This document shows positions 46,645-56,398 of a DNA stretch of 64,000 bases, piece after piece. The stretch is from the NCBI GenBank assembly GCA_017394405.1, contig JAFPYW010000034.1, positions 3,333 to 67,332 of the forward strand. Reading direction: 5' to 3'. Below the pieces are notes generated by a model. It searched no databases. It was not told the origin of the DNA and worked only from the letters and a program-made list of their open reading frames with translations. Every line of letters begins with the position of its first letter. The first letter of the stretch is position 1. Source of the DNA: Alphaproteobacteria bacterium (GTDB lineage Bacteria; Pseudomonadota; Alphaproteobacteria; CAAHEQ01; UBA3637). The translations under genes and the position numbers were made by a program.

Positions 46645-47618
46645 GGGCTAAATCTATCGTTGGTATTTGCTTAATCGTTGCGTGTGTGGTGAGCATTGTT
46701 CCATTGATGCGTCACGCTTTAGCTAAAACAGAAGCAAATGGTATTATCGTGGATGAAGAAAAGGAAGTGGTGAAGGAACGCAAGCGTGTTGTCGCTGAAT
46801 GTGCTTATATACGTCCGATGCGGGTGGCTACTTTCGTCAGCAATCCACCATTCGGTTGGGTGGAACGAACCACGATCAATGGTACAGAAGCATTGGTCAG
46901 TTATGGAGCAGGTGTGCGTATTTTTGAAGAATTAGCAAAAAAATTGGGCTGGCGTTATATCAAAACGGGCTATACATCCCAAACACGTGCAATCAACGCC
47001 TTAAAACGTGGCGAATTAGATTTATTGATTGGTGTTTATACGCCCAATTCTTTGAGTACAGGAACACGTGGAACATTACCCGTGTATCCCAGTTTTTTCC
47101 AAAATGTTTTTACGGTTTATTTTGTGAAAGATCGGGAATTTCCTGTAACCTCATTTGAAAGTTTGGAAGGTAAAAGAGGTTTGATTCGTCACGAAGAAAA
47201 CATTTACCCATTATTTTCATCACATAAAACAGCGGATATGAATTTAATGCAGGTGAATACCGCTAAAAAGGCATTTGAAATGTTATTGAATGATGAGGCA
47301 GATTATTTAATTGGCAGCCCATATTCTATTGAAGCCGAATTGCGGCGTTATAAATTACATGAAACAATCGTATCCGGGGATATTGTTATGTTGGATGCCA
47401 ATATGTTTTTTGTTTTAACCACGAACACAGATTGTTTCCGTTTGCGTGATATGTTGTCATCGGAATTAAGCGAGTATGTGAAAGATCAATCACATATCAA
47501 TGATATTATTCGCACAGAAATTGATAACTGGGGGGAACGTTTCCGGGAAGATAAGGAATTGAACGTCACGGAAAAAACGCCCGACCAAGAACAAGATACC
47601 GCTGAAGTTACGAATTAA
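46641..47618 (+). CDS. Periplasmic substrate-binding protein, family 3 (PBPb)-like
   Basis: N-terminal signal/anchor and an SBP_bac_3-like block FVSNPPFGW...INALKRGELDLLIGVY. Its ATGA start overlaps the kinase stop. Confidence 0.65.
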   Translation: MRAKSIVGICLIVACVVSIVPLMRHALAKTEANGIIVDEEKEVVKERKRVVAECAYIRPMRVATFVSNPPFGWVERTTINGTEALVSYGAGVRIFEELAKKLGWRYIKTGYTSQTRAINALKRGELDLLIGVYTPNSLSTGTRGTLPVYPSFFQNVFTVYFVKDREFPVTSFESLEGKRGLIRHEENIYPLFSSHKTADMNLMQVNTAKKAFEMLLNDEADYLIGSPYSIEAELRRYKLHETIVSGDIVMLDANMFFVLTTNTDCFRLRDMLSSELSEYVKDQSHINDIIRTEIDNWGERFREDKELNVTEKTPDQEQDTAEVTN

Positions 47619-49042
47619 AATGGTTTCCGTTTAGGAACTGGTGGAACTTTTCCAGCCAAATGTTTTTTGAACTCTGGGTTGATACTTTCAGCCCATGATT
47701 GGAATTTTTCCAATTCAAATTCTGTCAATTGCGTGCTGCCAATTTTGTTGTTTCCAAAAGGATTGACAACCTTGCCGTTTTTCAAAACTTCAAAGTGTAA
47801 GTGCGGTCCAGTGGAACGTCCGGTTGTGCCGACATAAGCAATAACTTCGCCACGTTTGACTTTGCTGCCGACCTTCAAATCTTGGCGATAGCCGTTCAAG
47901 TGTGCATAAGCTGATTGATATCCGCCTTTGTGTCCGATACGGATGTATTTGCCGTAAGATCCTTTGCGTCCGATAATTTCAATAGTGCCATCGGCAGCTG
48001 CTGTGACAGGGGTATTTTTGGGAACGGCTAAATCTACACCTTTATGAAAGATTTCGTATTGCAAAATCGGATGGCGTCTTCTGCCAAACGGGGAGGACAG
48101 ACGTGGTCGCGCTTTTAATGGTTTTTTCAACAGCATTTTTTCTGTTGTGCGACCTTTGGGATCATAAAAAGCATTGTTATAAGAATATTTATGAAATTCT
48201 TTTTTGCCGGATTTTAAGCCAACATATAATAATTGCTTCGTGCCAATTTCCACACCACCCGGCGTTTCTTTTGATTCCACGATGATATCCACGGTATCGC
48301 CCGGGCGGATGTCTGTTGAAAAATCAAACTCGCCGTCCAACGCGGCTGTAATTTGATTGATGATTGAATTCGGAACATTTGCTTTTTTAGCAGACCCGGC
48401 AAATGTTCGCTCAATCACGACCTGCATCCGTTCTTGTTTGGTTTCAATACGACCTGTTTGTGAAAAGGTAACCCAAGAGCCGTCTTTTTCACGTAAAACA
48501 GACAAAGATTCTGTTTCTTTTGGGCGTACAGACATACCGGCTAATGTGCCATCTTTTTCGTGGAAGAACAAGAATGTTAAACCAGGACGCAACGATTTCA
48601 GGTTCATCAGCAATTCCAGTGCTTCAACAATTTCCATGCGTTCATTGGATGGTACATTTTGTTCGGATAATAATCCCAACAAACTATCGCCTTTTTGCAT
48701 GACGCGTGTTGTGGCGGTCACTTCGCCGGCCGCGACACGTTTTTCCAAATCATCTATTGATAGTTCAGGTTGGCTTTCAACTGGCTCGTCCCCTAAATCT
48801 TCATGAACAACTTCTGGTTCGGTTAAATCGGGGGTCTCAATGGGTGTTCCATCTTCCGCAGGGGATTCTTCTTTTTGTGTGGGCACCAAAGCAAATGGCA
48901 AGGTCATGAAGCACAACAGCACCATTAGCCCTATAAGCAAGGCAAACTGCCGGTTGATCAATTGCAAACGATCACGCATGATGCGTTGAGATAGTTTTAA
49001 TTGTTGAGATAGGGTCTGTATCTTATCTAATAGTTTACTCAT
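47615..49042 (-). CDS. M23 family metallopeptidase (MepM-like murein endopeptidase)
   Basis: N-terminal TM span. The C-terminal M23 core has an intact metal site: HKGVDLAVP...GGYQSAYAHL...GTTGRSTGPHLHFEV. Confidence 0.82.
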   Translation of the reverse strand: MSKLLDKIQTLSQQLKLSQRIMRDRLQLINRQFALLIGLMVLLCFMTLPFALVPTQKEESPAEDGTPIETPDLTEPEVVHEDLGDEPVESQPELSIDDLEKRVAAGEVTATTRVMQKGDSLLGLLSEQNVPSNERMEIVEALELLMNLKSLRPGLTFLFFHEKDGTLAGMSVRPKETESLSVLREKDGSWVTFSQTGRIETKQERMQVVIERTFAGSAKKANVPNSIINQITAALDGEFDFSTDIRPGDTVDIIVESKETPGGVEIGTKQLLYVGLKSGKKEFHKYSYNNAFYDPKGRTTEKMLLKKPLKARPRLSSPFGRRRHPILQYEIFHKGVDLAVPKNTPVTAAADGTIEIIGRKGSYGKYIRIGHKGGYQSAYAHLNGYRQDLKVGSKVKRGEVIAYVGTTGRSTGPHLHFEVLKNGKVVNPFGNNKIGSTQLTEFELEKFQSWAESINPEFKKHLAGKVPPVPKRKPF

Positions 49043-49083
49043 ACCGAGTATTGATGACAGACTTTTGGTAAAATGTCAAGTGT

Positions 49084-50031
49084 TCATTTGATAAGGAGAG
49101 CCAAAATCGCCACAGCATTTTGAACAAAACCGGTTTGTAATGGATCCTGCATCAACCAAAATGAGAGTGTATTTTGCCGAATTTGGATGTCTTGGAGGAA
49201 CATTTTTTCTTCACTGATTAAATCGTGTGTGCCAAGCGGTGACTCAGATTCCAATATTTGACACGGGCAATTGCTGTTATATAGGGGGCGTATGCCGTTG
49301 ATGTGAGGCGTTGTGTTGAGGACGGCTTGAACATAAAAAACACCCCCGCGAATGACCGGAGCAAAACATGTATGGATGCGAACGGATTTTAATCCCAAAC
49401 AATTTAACTGATTGGGAATTAGAGTAGTTAAATTTCGGAAAAAGTCCGGAATTAAATTGAACGCTAAAGACGGATATTGTTCAGGTTCGGATGGTGTTTG
49501 GGTGAAAAAATGTCGTGTTTGACGAATCAACTGTTCGGCGTAATCCGGATCTTGATACCAAGCCCCGATAAAAGCGGCGACTTCAGCGTCTTTTACCCCA
49601 TATTTCTTGTGCAACGGCCATAAAGCATTTGCAAGTGCAATAGTCGCGGAATTTGGCGCACACAAACATTTGTGTCGTAATTTGTGAATCTTTTGACCAT
49701 TCAACAGGGGGACAATGCAGACGGCATTTTTTAGCCGACCAGTGCAATCAATGATCCAATTTTTTCCGTGTAAAAAATGATGAGGATACCGGTCAAAAAT
49801 ACGCGGTTCGCATAAAAATAGGATGTGTGGTTGCATTAAATCAAATAAATCCAAGGCGGACGATGTAATGGTTTGATGTTGGTAAGTCAAACTGATTCCG
49901 GATTCTTGATGTAAATCCAAGGGGCGAATTAAATCAATGGGGTAACCTTGGGCTGCCAACTCGGCCAAGATCGCTTTACCGATGGCGTTTTGTGTTCCCA
50001 ATACCGCAATTGTAAGATCTTTTTTCTTCAT
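49084..50031 (-). CDS. Aspartate-semialdehyde dehydrogenase/USG-1-like protein, apparently lacking the catalytic Cys and His
   Basis: The start is MKKKDLTIAVLGTQNAIGKAILAEL (Rossmann-like) at 50031. CAPNSATIALANAL occupies the place of the canonical ..PNC(S/T)T.. motif. Confidence 0.6.
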   Translation of the reverse strand: MKKKDLTIAVLGTQNAIGKAILAELAAQGYPIDLIRPLDLHQESGISLTYQHQTITSSALDLFDLMQPHILFLCEPRIFDRYPHHFLHGKNWIIDCTGRLKNAVCIVPLLNGQKIHKLRHKCLCAPNSATIALANALWPLHKKYGVKDAEVAAFIGAWYQDPDYAEQLIRQTRHFFTQTPSEPEQYPSLAFNLIPDFFRNLTTLIPNQLNCLGLKSVRIHTCFAPVIRGGVFYVQAVLNTTPHINGIRPLYNSNCPCQILESESPLGTHDLISEEKMFLQDIQIRQNTLSFWLMQDPLQTGFVQNAVAILALLIK

Positions 50032-50129
50032 GGAACAAACATGGTTTCCAAAATAAAAAAACGCGAGATAGTCTTTGGGATGTTGCAATTTTATGTGGGT
50101 TGTGATATCTTACGCAAAAAGGAGAAAAC

Positions 50130-51008
50130 ATGACTGAACATATTTATCAAAAAACAATTGCAAAAATAATTGAAGCAGATGGCATTGGATTACATTCTGG
50201 AAAGCCAATTCATATGACATTAAAACCGGCTGATCCGAACACGGGGATCGTTTTCTTTCGGGTGGATGTAACGGACAAAGATAATTGTGTTCCGGCCAAG
50301 TGGGATCATGTGGTGGATACACGTATGAATACTTGTTTGGGAAATGCGAGTGCTGTCGTTATTTCAACGGTTGAACATTTTATGGGGGCGTTGGCCGGTT
50401 TGGGTGTTACAAATTTGGCAGTTGAATTGAGCGGTCCGGAATTGCCACTGATGGACGGATCTGCTCGTGATTTTGTGACATTGTTGGAAGAAGCCGGCGT
50501 GGTTAAACAATCTGAGCCCGTGAAAGCATTGAAGATTTTGAAGGCGGTTGAGTTTTCGGATGGAAAGGGTGCAACAACTCGTTTGGATCCGGCGGATAGC
50601 GGTTTGTCTTTCAAATTTGAAATTGACTTTCCTCAAACAAAAATTATCGGTCATCAACAAATTGATTTTGATTTGAATGAAGCTGCATTTAAGCAATTGA
50701 TTGCACCCGCGCGGACCTTTGGTTTCGCTGCGGAGGTGGAACAATTACGTGCGATGGGATTGGCACAAGGGGCCAGTTTGGAAAACGCAATTGCTATTCA
50801 GGGCGATTCCGTGTTGAATCCAGGCGGATTGCGTGACGCCAATGAATTTGTGGAGCATAAGGTGTTGGATGCTATTGGTGATTTGTATGAAGCGGGGATG
50901 CCGATTATCGGTCGTTTTACGGGTGTAAAATCGGGCCATTTCCACAATAACCAACTATTGCGGGCTGTTTTTGCGGATCCCGCTAATTACGAGATTGTTA
51001 CTTTATAA
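50130..51008 (+). CDS. lpxC: UDP-3-O-acyl-N-acetylglucosamine deacetylase
   Basis: 292 aa. GIGLHSGKPI...TVEHFMGAL...ELPLMDGSA...FVEHKVLDAIGDL...GHFHN are LpxC signatures. Confidence 0.92.
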   Translation: MTEHIYQKTIAKIIEADGIGLHSGKPIHMTLKPADPNTGIVFFRVDVTDKDNCVPAKWDHVVDTRMNTCLGNASAVVISTVEHFMGALAGLGVTNLAVELSGPELPLMDGSARDFVTLLEEAGVVKQSEPVKALKILKAVEFSDGKGATTRLDPADSGLSFKFEIDFPQTKIIGHQQIDFDLNEAAFKQLIAPARTFGFAAEVEQLRAMGLAQGASLENAIAIQGDSVLNPGGLRDANEFVEHKVLDAIGDLYEAGMPIIGRFTGVKSGHFHNNQLLRAVFADPANYEIVTL

Positions 51009-51356
51009 ATGATCTGCGGATAATTTTTCACCGGCTAAAATATGGGCATGTAGGTGAGGGACTTCCTGTCCCGCATCGCGTCCTGTGTTAAAGACCAATC
51101 TGTATCCGTCAGTCAAATTCAGGGCCTTAATTGTGGCAAAAATACCCTTCAAAAAGCCGTCAATTTCATTTTGGGACGCATGATCCAACATATCCTGAAA
51201 GTTGATATATTCACCCTTTGGAATCACTAATACATGAATTTTTGCCTTTGGATTGATATCGTAAAAAGCTAGAACAAAATCGTCTTCATAAACTGTTTTG
51301 TTTGGAATTTCGTGGCGTAAAATTTTTGCGAAAACATTGTTGGAATCGTAAGTCAT
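51003..51356 (-). CDS. HIT family protein (HinT-like)
   Basis: The start is MTYDSNNVFAKILRHEIP at 51356. Contains the histidine triad QEVPHLHAHIL. Confidence 0.85.
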   Translation of the reverse strand: MTYDSNNVFAKILRHEIPNKTVYEDDFVLAFYDINPKAKIHVLVIPKGEYINFQDMLDHASQNEIDGFLKGIFATIKALNLTDGYRLVFNTGRDAGQEVPHLHAHILAGEKLSADHL

Positions 51357-51436
51357 TTTTTCACTCTCCTTGTTGCTTTTTACTTGCATTTTCGTTCATT
51401 TTCGTTCAGAATAGAATAAAAAGGGTGAAAAAGCAA

Positions 51437-52510
51437 ATGAAAAATATATACTTCTTTTTGAAAACGATATTGGTAACGGTTTTAATGCTGGCTGGAATAA
51501 ATGCTTGGGCTGGTTTATATACAATCACGGGTGTTCCCGTGGCGGCAGAACGGGCCACGGCTTTGCAAGCAAAAGAGGCCGCATTGGCGGAAGGTCAAGT
51601 TGTCGCATTTAATCGTTTAATGACGCGCTTGGCGGGGGAAAAGGGTTTATCACAGGTGCCACAAGTAACGGAAGAATCTGTGTTGGATTATGTACTGGGT
51701 GTGTCTATTGAAAAGGAAAAAACAACAGCGACAAAGTATACCGGATCTATTGCGGTGGAGTTTAATCCGGAATCTATCAAATCATTATTGACAGACCAAA
51801 GTGTTCCGTATTTGAAGGATTTGCCTCCCTCATTATTGGTTGTGCCACAATATACGGCGAATGGACAAACTTTGACAATTACCGATTCAAATCCGCTTTA
51901 TCGTTCTTTGAAGGCAAAAAACAATTTTGCTTCGTTTTATCAAGCAACTGTTCCCGTTGTAGCGGATCGGGAGTTGGTTGAACGGGCGTTGGCTGGCGGT
52001 TCTGCATTGACAACTTTATTGCAAAATTATGGTAAAGATCGATTGATGTTATTGCAAATGGAGCCGGAATCGGCTGATACTTGGGTAATGAAAACATCTT
52101 TCTTGCCACGGGCATCTATGGAAAATCAAGCGATGACGAAACGATTCAAAATGTCGGGCGGTGATATGCAAGTGGCTGCTGGTCAAATGTCAAACGCCGT
52201 CTTTACAGAAATGGAATCGCGTTGGCGTAATGACAGAACGGATCGTTTCCAAGAAAAACAAGTTTTGTATTTGCGTGTTCCGGTCAATAGTTTGTCTGAA
52301 TGGCAACGTTTGGAACAACAAATGAAATCTTGGACATTTTTTGATAAATTGGAAATGCGAGGGTTGTATTTGCCTATGGTTTTATTGGAAGGGGTTTATC
52401 AAGGTGATGAAAATGATATTGCCGATAAATTAGCTTCTTATGGGTGGCAGTTAAATAAAGATTTCAGCGGCAATGGTGCTACTTTGTCGCGAAGGATAGT
52501 ATATGAATAA
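51437..52510 (+). CDS. Secreted protein, tentatively DUF2066-like
   Basis: The start is MKNIYFFLKTILVTVLMLAGINAWA (signal peptide) at 51437. Its position upstream of the AI-2E transporter and hda matches an alphaproteobacterial synteny I remember. The family name is tentative. Confidence 0.55.
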   Translation: MKNIYFFLKTILVTVLMLAGINAWAGLYTITGVPVAAERATALQAKEAALAEGQVVAFNRLMTRLAGEKGLSQVPQVTEESVLDYVLGVSIEKEKTTATKYTGSIAVEFNPESIKSLLTDQSVPYLKDLPPSLLVVPQYTANGQTLTITDSNPLYRSLKAKNNFASFYQATVPVVADRELVERALAGGSALTTLLQNYGKDRLMLLQMEPESADTWVMKTSFLPRASMENQAMTKRFKMSGGDMQVAAGQMSNAVFTEMESRWRNDRTDRFQEKQVLYLRVPVNSLSEWQRLEQQMKSWTFFDKLEMRGLYLPMVLLEGVYQGDENDIADKLASYGWQLNKDFSGNGATLSRRIVYE

Positions 52511-53555
52511 AACAATTGCCCTTTGGTGTTGTCTTGCCTTGATAATTTGGTTTGTGATTCAAATCAGCGGTATTTTGTTGCCGTTTGTATTGGGCTTTAT
52601 TTTTGCATATGCATTAAATCCGGTAGTTAAAAAAATGTCCAAAAAAATGCCGCGTGGTGCGGCAACGGGTTTGGCGGTGTGTGGCTTAACCATTTTGACA
52701 ATTTTGTTGATTTTGATTTTGGTGCCGGTGTTGCAAACGCAGGTAATGGATTTTATTGTTAAAATTCCGAATTTGGTCAGTTTGATTTGGGAAAAAATGC
52801 GTAATTTGCTGACTTATACCGGGCATCATGTGTCGGAACAACAACTAACCCAATTATCTGAATCTGTGTCGGAAACGGCTCTGACAGTATTCCAAGGTTT
52901 AGGGGGTGCTTTAAGGCGTATTATTTCTGGTAGTGTGGCGTTTTTCAGCGTTGTTTCATTGTTGTTGATTACACCGGTTGTTTTGTTCTATGTGTTGCGG
53001 GATTGGCCAAAAATTATATCAAAAACAAAGGAGATCGTACCCATGAAAAAACGTTCTAAAATGGAAGAAATTGTCTCGGATATCAACACGACATTGGCTG
53101 GATTTATTCGCGGACAAGCTAGCGTGTGTTTGATTTTGGCCATTTATTACGCTACGGGTTTATCTTTGGTTGGGCTGAATATGGGCTTGTTGGTTGGTAT
53201 GCTGACAGGTATCTTGATTTTTATCCCTTATATCGGATATGGAATTGGCTTGTGTTTGAGCGTTTTGTTGGGCTTGTTACAGGGCTTAACCGGGACACAA
53301 TGGTTGTTCTTGGGCGGCATTTTCTTGGTTGGCCAAATTTTGGAAGGATATTTTTTAACACCGTATTTAGTGGGCAAACGTGTGGGGTTGCATCCCGTTT
53401 GGGTTATCTTTGCATTGTTGGCTGGCGGTATGGTTGCTGGGCCTTTGGGTGTTTTATTGGCGGTGCCGGTATCGGCTGTGTTAGGTGTTTTAATCCGTCA
53501 TTTATTATCTTGGTATCGGACAACTGCTTTTTTCAAGGGGACCAAAACGAAATGA
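52503..53555 (+). CDS. AI-2E family transporter (PerM/YhhT-like permease)
   Basis: 350 aa with ~8 TM spans and the C-terminal ...GGMVAGPLGVLLAVPVSAVL pattern typical of the family. Confidence 0.8.
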   Translation: MNKTIALWCCLALIIWFVIQISGILLPFVLGFIFAYALNPVVKKMSKKMPRGAATGLAVCGLTILTILLILILVPVLQTQVMDFIVKIPNLVSLIWEKMRNLLTYTGHHVSEQQLTQLSESVSETALTVFQGLGGALRRIISGSVAFFSVVSLLLITPVVLFYVLRDWPKIISKTKEIVPMKKRSKMEEIVSDINTTLAGFIRGQASVCLILAIYYATGLSLVGLNMGLLVGMLTGILIFIPYIGYGIGLCLSVLLGLLQGLTGTQWLFLGGIFLVGQILEGYFLTPYLVGKRVGLHPVWVIFALLAGGMVAGPLGVLLAVPVSAVLGVLIRHLLSWYRTTAFFKGTKTK

Positions 53556-54205
53556 CCAAACAATTGGCGCTTGATTTTCCGACCAGACAAACGTATGAAA
53601 GGGCTGATTTTTGGATTGCTCCCTGTAATCAGGAAGCGATTTCGTGGGTGGATAAATATCCTGATTGGCCAACACGGGCGTTGATTATTTATGGAGAAGA
53701 AGGATGTGGAAAGACCCATTTGGCAGCCATTTTTTCATCTGAGCGGATTGAGGCCGAAGATTTAACGGAAGATTTTGTGCCGACCACAGAAAAAGTTGTG
53801 GTGGAAAATTTGGATCATTTGAAAGATGAAAATGCCCTGTTTCATTTGTTTAATGTAATTCAAGAAAAGAATGGTGGGTTGTTGATGACATCACGTCGCG
53901 TGCCGGTATTTCAATTGCGTGATTTGCAGACGCGAATCAATATGACACCAAAAGCAGAAATTCAAATGCCGGACGATGAAACAATTATGTCTGTGTGTGC
54001 CAAAATGTTTGCGGATCGACAAGCGATTGTTGACCCCACCGTTTTGTCCTATATTGCGACGCACGCGCCACGTTCTTTTTCAGCAATTCAACGGGTTGTG
54101 AGTGTGGCAGATGAACTTTCTTTGGCCGAGGGTAGACGAATTACAATTTATTTGGTAAAATCAGCCATAGAAAAAGTCACGAATGCGGGAGGTGCAAATG
54201 CCTAA
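53552..54205 (+). CDS. hda: DnaA regulatory inactivator Hda (HdaA-like)
   Basis: The start is MTKQLALDFPTRQTYERADFWIAPCNQEAISWVDKYPDWP...IYGEEGCGKTHLA, an ATGA overlap with the permease. The ORF-track start at 53126 lies inside the permease gene. Confidence 0.78.
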   Translation: MTKQLALDFPTRQTYERADFWIAPCNQEAISWVDKYPDWPTRALIIYGEEGCGKTHLAAIFSSERIEAEDLTEDFVPTTEKVVVENLDHLKDENALFHLFNVIQEKNGGLLMTSRRVPVFQLRDLQTRINMTPKAEIQMPDDETIMSVCAKMFADRQAIVDPTVLSYIATHAPRSFSAIQRVVSVADELSLAEGRRITIYLVKSAIEKVTNAGGANA

Positions 54206-54965
54206 GAAGAAAAGAAATTTCACAATGCCAAATTGGGCAAAGGCGTTATTGATTGTAATCCTGGGTGTTTTGGTTGGTATCAGTTTGGCGACATATCATG
54301 CCACTGACAAATGTTGGAACACAGCATCAAACTTGCCGGTTGAAAACTGGTTGGGTGTTGTTGGGGCTTTTGCTGCCGATGCCTTGTTGCAAATGTTGGG
54401 ACATTTTGCGCTGTTTGTTCCGTTTATCATTATAGTACTGGGGATTTTGATTTTTTTGAAAAAAGAACACATTCGCTGGCGTTTGTTGGGTATTACCGTG
54501 GCCCTATTATTGGCGTGCTGGATGTACCAAGGTTTCGGTGGGCAAATGTCTGATTGGTTCAAGGCCGGAGATGCTGGTTTCTTGGGACGTTATTTCAAGA
54601 ATTGGGGTGTAATTAAACCGATGTGGATTCGTGTTTTGATATGGTGCGGTATTGTTGTGTTGGCGATTTTCAGTTTGAAGTTACCGGTAAAACGGGTCAG
54701 CGAATGGACGGGAAAAGGATTATGGTGGGGATTGAAAAAAGTGCCAGTGAAGGTGCCTGAAAAAATCAAGAAACCTTTCCGTGCGGCTTATGTAAAAGCA
54801 CAAGTCAACAAGATTAAAAAATCTGCGCCGAAAGAAAAATTAAAGGCCTCTCATGTGGATAAGAAAAAGTCGGATATTATGGCTGAATTAACGAGGGGAG
54901 CGCTTATCGGTTGCCCCCAAGTACATTGTTGGCTCCGGTTAAATCTCTGTCGGGTGTGGCCCTGA
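54198..54965 (+). CDS. ftsK: FtsK, N-terminal membrane-domain fragment (frame interrupted)
   Basis: GGAGG SD precedes the ATG at 54198. Contains FtsK_4TM-like spans (ALLIVILGVLVGISLATY, GAFAADALLQMLGHFALFVPFIIIVLGILIF, and others). The frame ends at 54965 after leaving FtsK-like sequence near 54895. Confidence 0.7.
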   Translation: MPKKKRNFTMPNWAKALLIVILGVLVGISLATYHATDKCWNTASNLPVENWLGVVGAFAADALLQMLGHFALFVPFIIIVLGILIFLKKEHIRWRLLGITVALLLACWMYQGFGGQMSDWFKAGDAGFLGRYFKNWGVIKPMWIRVLIWCGIVVLAIFSLKLPVKRVSEWTGKGLWWGLKKVPVKVPEKIKKPFRAAYVKAQVNKIKKSAPKEKLKASHVDKKKSDIMAELTRGALIGCPQVHCWLRLNLCRVWP

Positions 54966-56398
54966 GCAAAGAGATGATGGCTCAAATGTCGGCGAAATTG
55001 GAGAGTGTTTTACAATCTTTCCAAATTCAAGGAAAGGTAACGGATGTATCCCCGGGGCCGGTGGTGACTTTATATGCGTTTGAACCAGCGTCAGGAATTA
55101 AAGTGTCGCGAGTAATTTCTTTGGAAGAAGACGTGGCACGTGAAACGAAAGTGTCGTCTGTGCGTATGGCGGTTATCCCCGGCACAAATGCGATTGGTAT
55201 TGAAATGCCGAATATGACGCGGGAAACGGTTTATATTCGTGAAATGATTGAACAATCGTCCTTCCAAGAACATAAAGGGGCGCTGCCGATTATTTTGGGA
55301 AAAGATATTGGGGGGCGTCCGGTGTATGCTGATTTGGCAAAAATGCCACACTTACTGGTGGCCGGTACGACTGGTTCGGGTAAATCTGTCGGAATCAACA
55401 CAATGATTTTGTCGTTGTTGTATCGTTTTACGCCGGAACAATGTCGTTTGATTTTGGTGGATCCGAAAATGGTGGAATTGTCTGTTTATAATGGTATTCC
55501 TCATTTGTTGACACCGGTGGTGACCGAACCGCAAAAAGCATTGATGGCATTGAAATGGGCTGTGCATGAAATGGAAGATCGCTATCGCGCGATGAGCCAA
55601 TTGAGTGTCAGAAACATTGAGGGCTTTAATGAAAAGTTGAAACAAGCCAAAGCCAATGGGGTTGAATTAAAACGCCGGGTGCAAACTGGGTTTGATGCTG
55701 CTACGGGCGAACCGATTATGGAAGACAAGCCATTTGATTTGACGCCGCTGCCGTACATTGTGTTTATCATTGATGAAATGGCGGATTTGATGGGACAATG
55801 TGGTAAAGAAGCAGACCCGTTGATTCAACGTTTGGCCCAAATGGCACGTGCTGTTGGTATTCATTTAGTGTTGGCAACACAGCGTCCGTCTGTGGATGTA
55901 ATCACGGGTACAATTAAATCCAACTTCCCATCCCGTATTTCGTTCCAAGTGCGCAACCGAATTGATTCTCGTACGATTTTGGATGAACAAGGTGCCGAAC
56001 AATTATTGGGTCGCGGAGATATGTTGTATATGCCGGCGGGCAGTTCGCCATCGCGTGTGCATGGTCCGTACGTGTCTGACGAAGATGTGCAAGCCGTCGT
56101 TGATTTTTGGGCGCATCAAGGAACGCCTGAATATGTGGATGCAGTGGTTACCGAATCGGCCAATATAGCGGGTGGTGTCGGTGGCGTTGGCGGCAGCGGT
56201 GATGAATTGTATGACAAAGCCGTGCAATTGGTGTTGCGTGATAAAAAACCGACGACCAGTTATATTCAACGGCGCCTGTCCATCGGGTATAACAAAGCGG
56301 CCGATTTGATTGAACGTATGGAGGCCGAAGGGGTGGTGTCTGCCCCGAATGCGGCCGGCAAACGCGAAATTTTAACCCCAGGTGGAGGCGAAGGATGA
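54887..56398 (+). CDS. ftsK: FtsK, linker + motor (alpha/beta/gamma) fragment in the -1 frame
   Basis: The frame opens at 54887 and reads ..GSAYRLPPSTLLAP... Then LVAGTTGSGKSVGINTMILSLL (Walker A), IVFIIDEMADLM (Walker B), and the C-terminal winged-helix gamma domain SYIQRRLSIGYNKAADLIERME. The ORF track starts it at TTG 54911. Confidence 0.8.
   Translation: MNEGSAYRLPPSTLLAPVKSLSGVALSKEMMAQMSAKLESVLQSFQIQGKVTDVSPGPVVTLYAFEPASGIKVSRVISLEEDVARETKVSSVRMAVIPGTNAIGIEMPNMTRETVYIREMIEQSSFQEHKGALPIILGKDIGGRPVYADLAKMPHLLVAGTTGSGKSVGINTMILSLLYRFTPEQCRLILVDPKMVELSVYNGIPHLLTPVVTEPQKALMALKWAVHEMEDRYRAMSQLSVRNIEGFNEKLKQAKANGVELKRRVQTGFDAATGEPIMEDKPFDLTPLPYIVFIIDEMADLMGQCGKEADPLIQRLAQMARAVGIHLVLATQRPSVDVITGTIKSNFPSRISFQVRNRIDSRTILDEQGAEQLLGRGDMLYMPAGSSPSRVHGPYVSDEDVQAVVDFWAHQGTPEYVDAVVTESANIAGGVGGVGGSGDELYDKAVQLVLRDKKPTTSYIQRRLSIGYNKAADLIERMEAEGVVSAPNAAGKREILTPGGGEG

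Noticed and set aside
53126-53551. Upstream part of the 359-aa ORF that contains hda
   Set aside because: It lies entirely inside the AI-2E permease gene in another frame. Hda-like sequence starts at the ATG at 53552, with an ATGA coupling.
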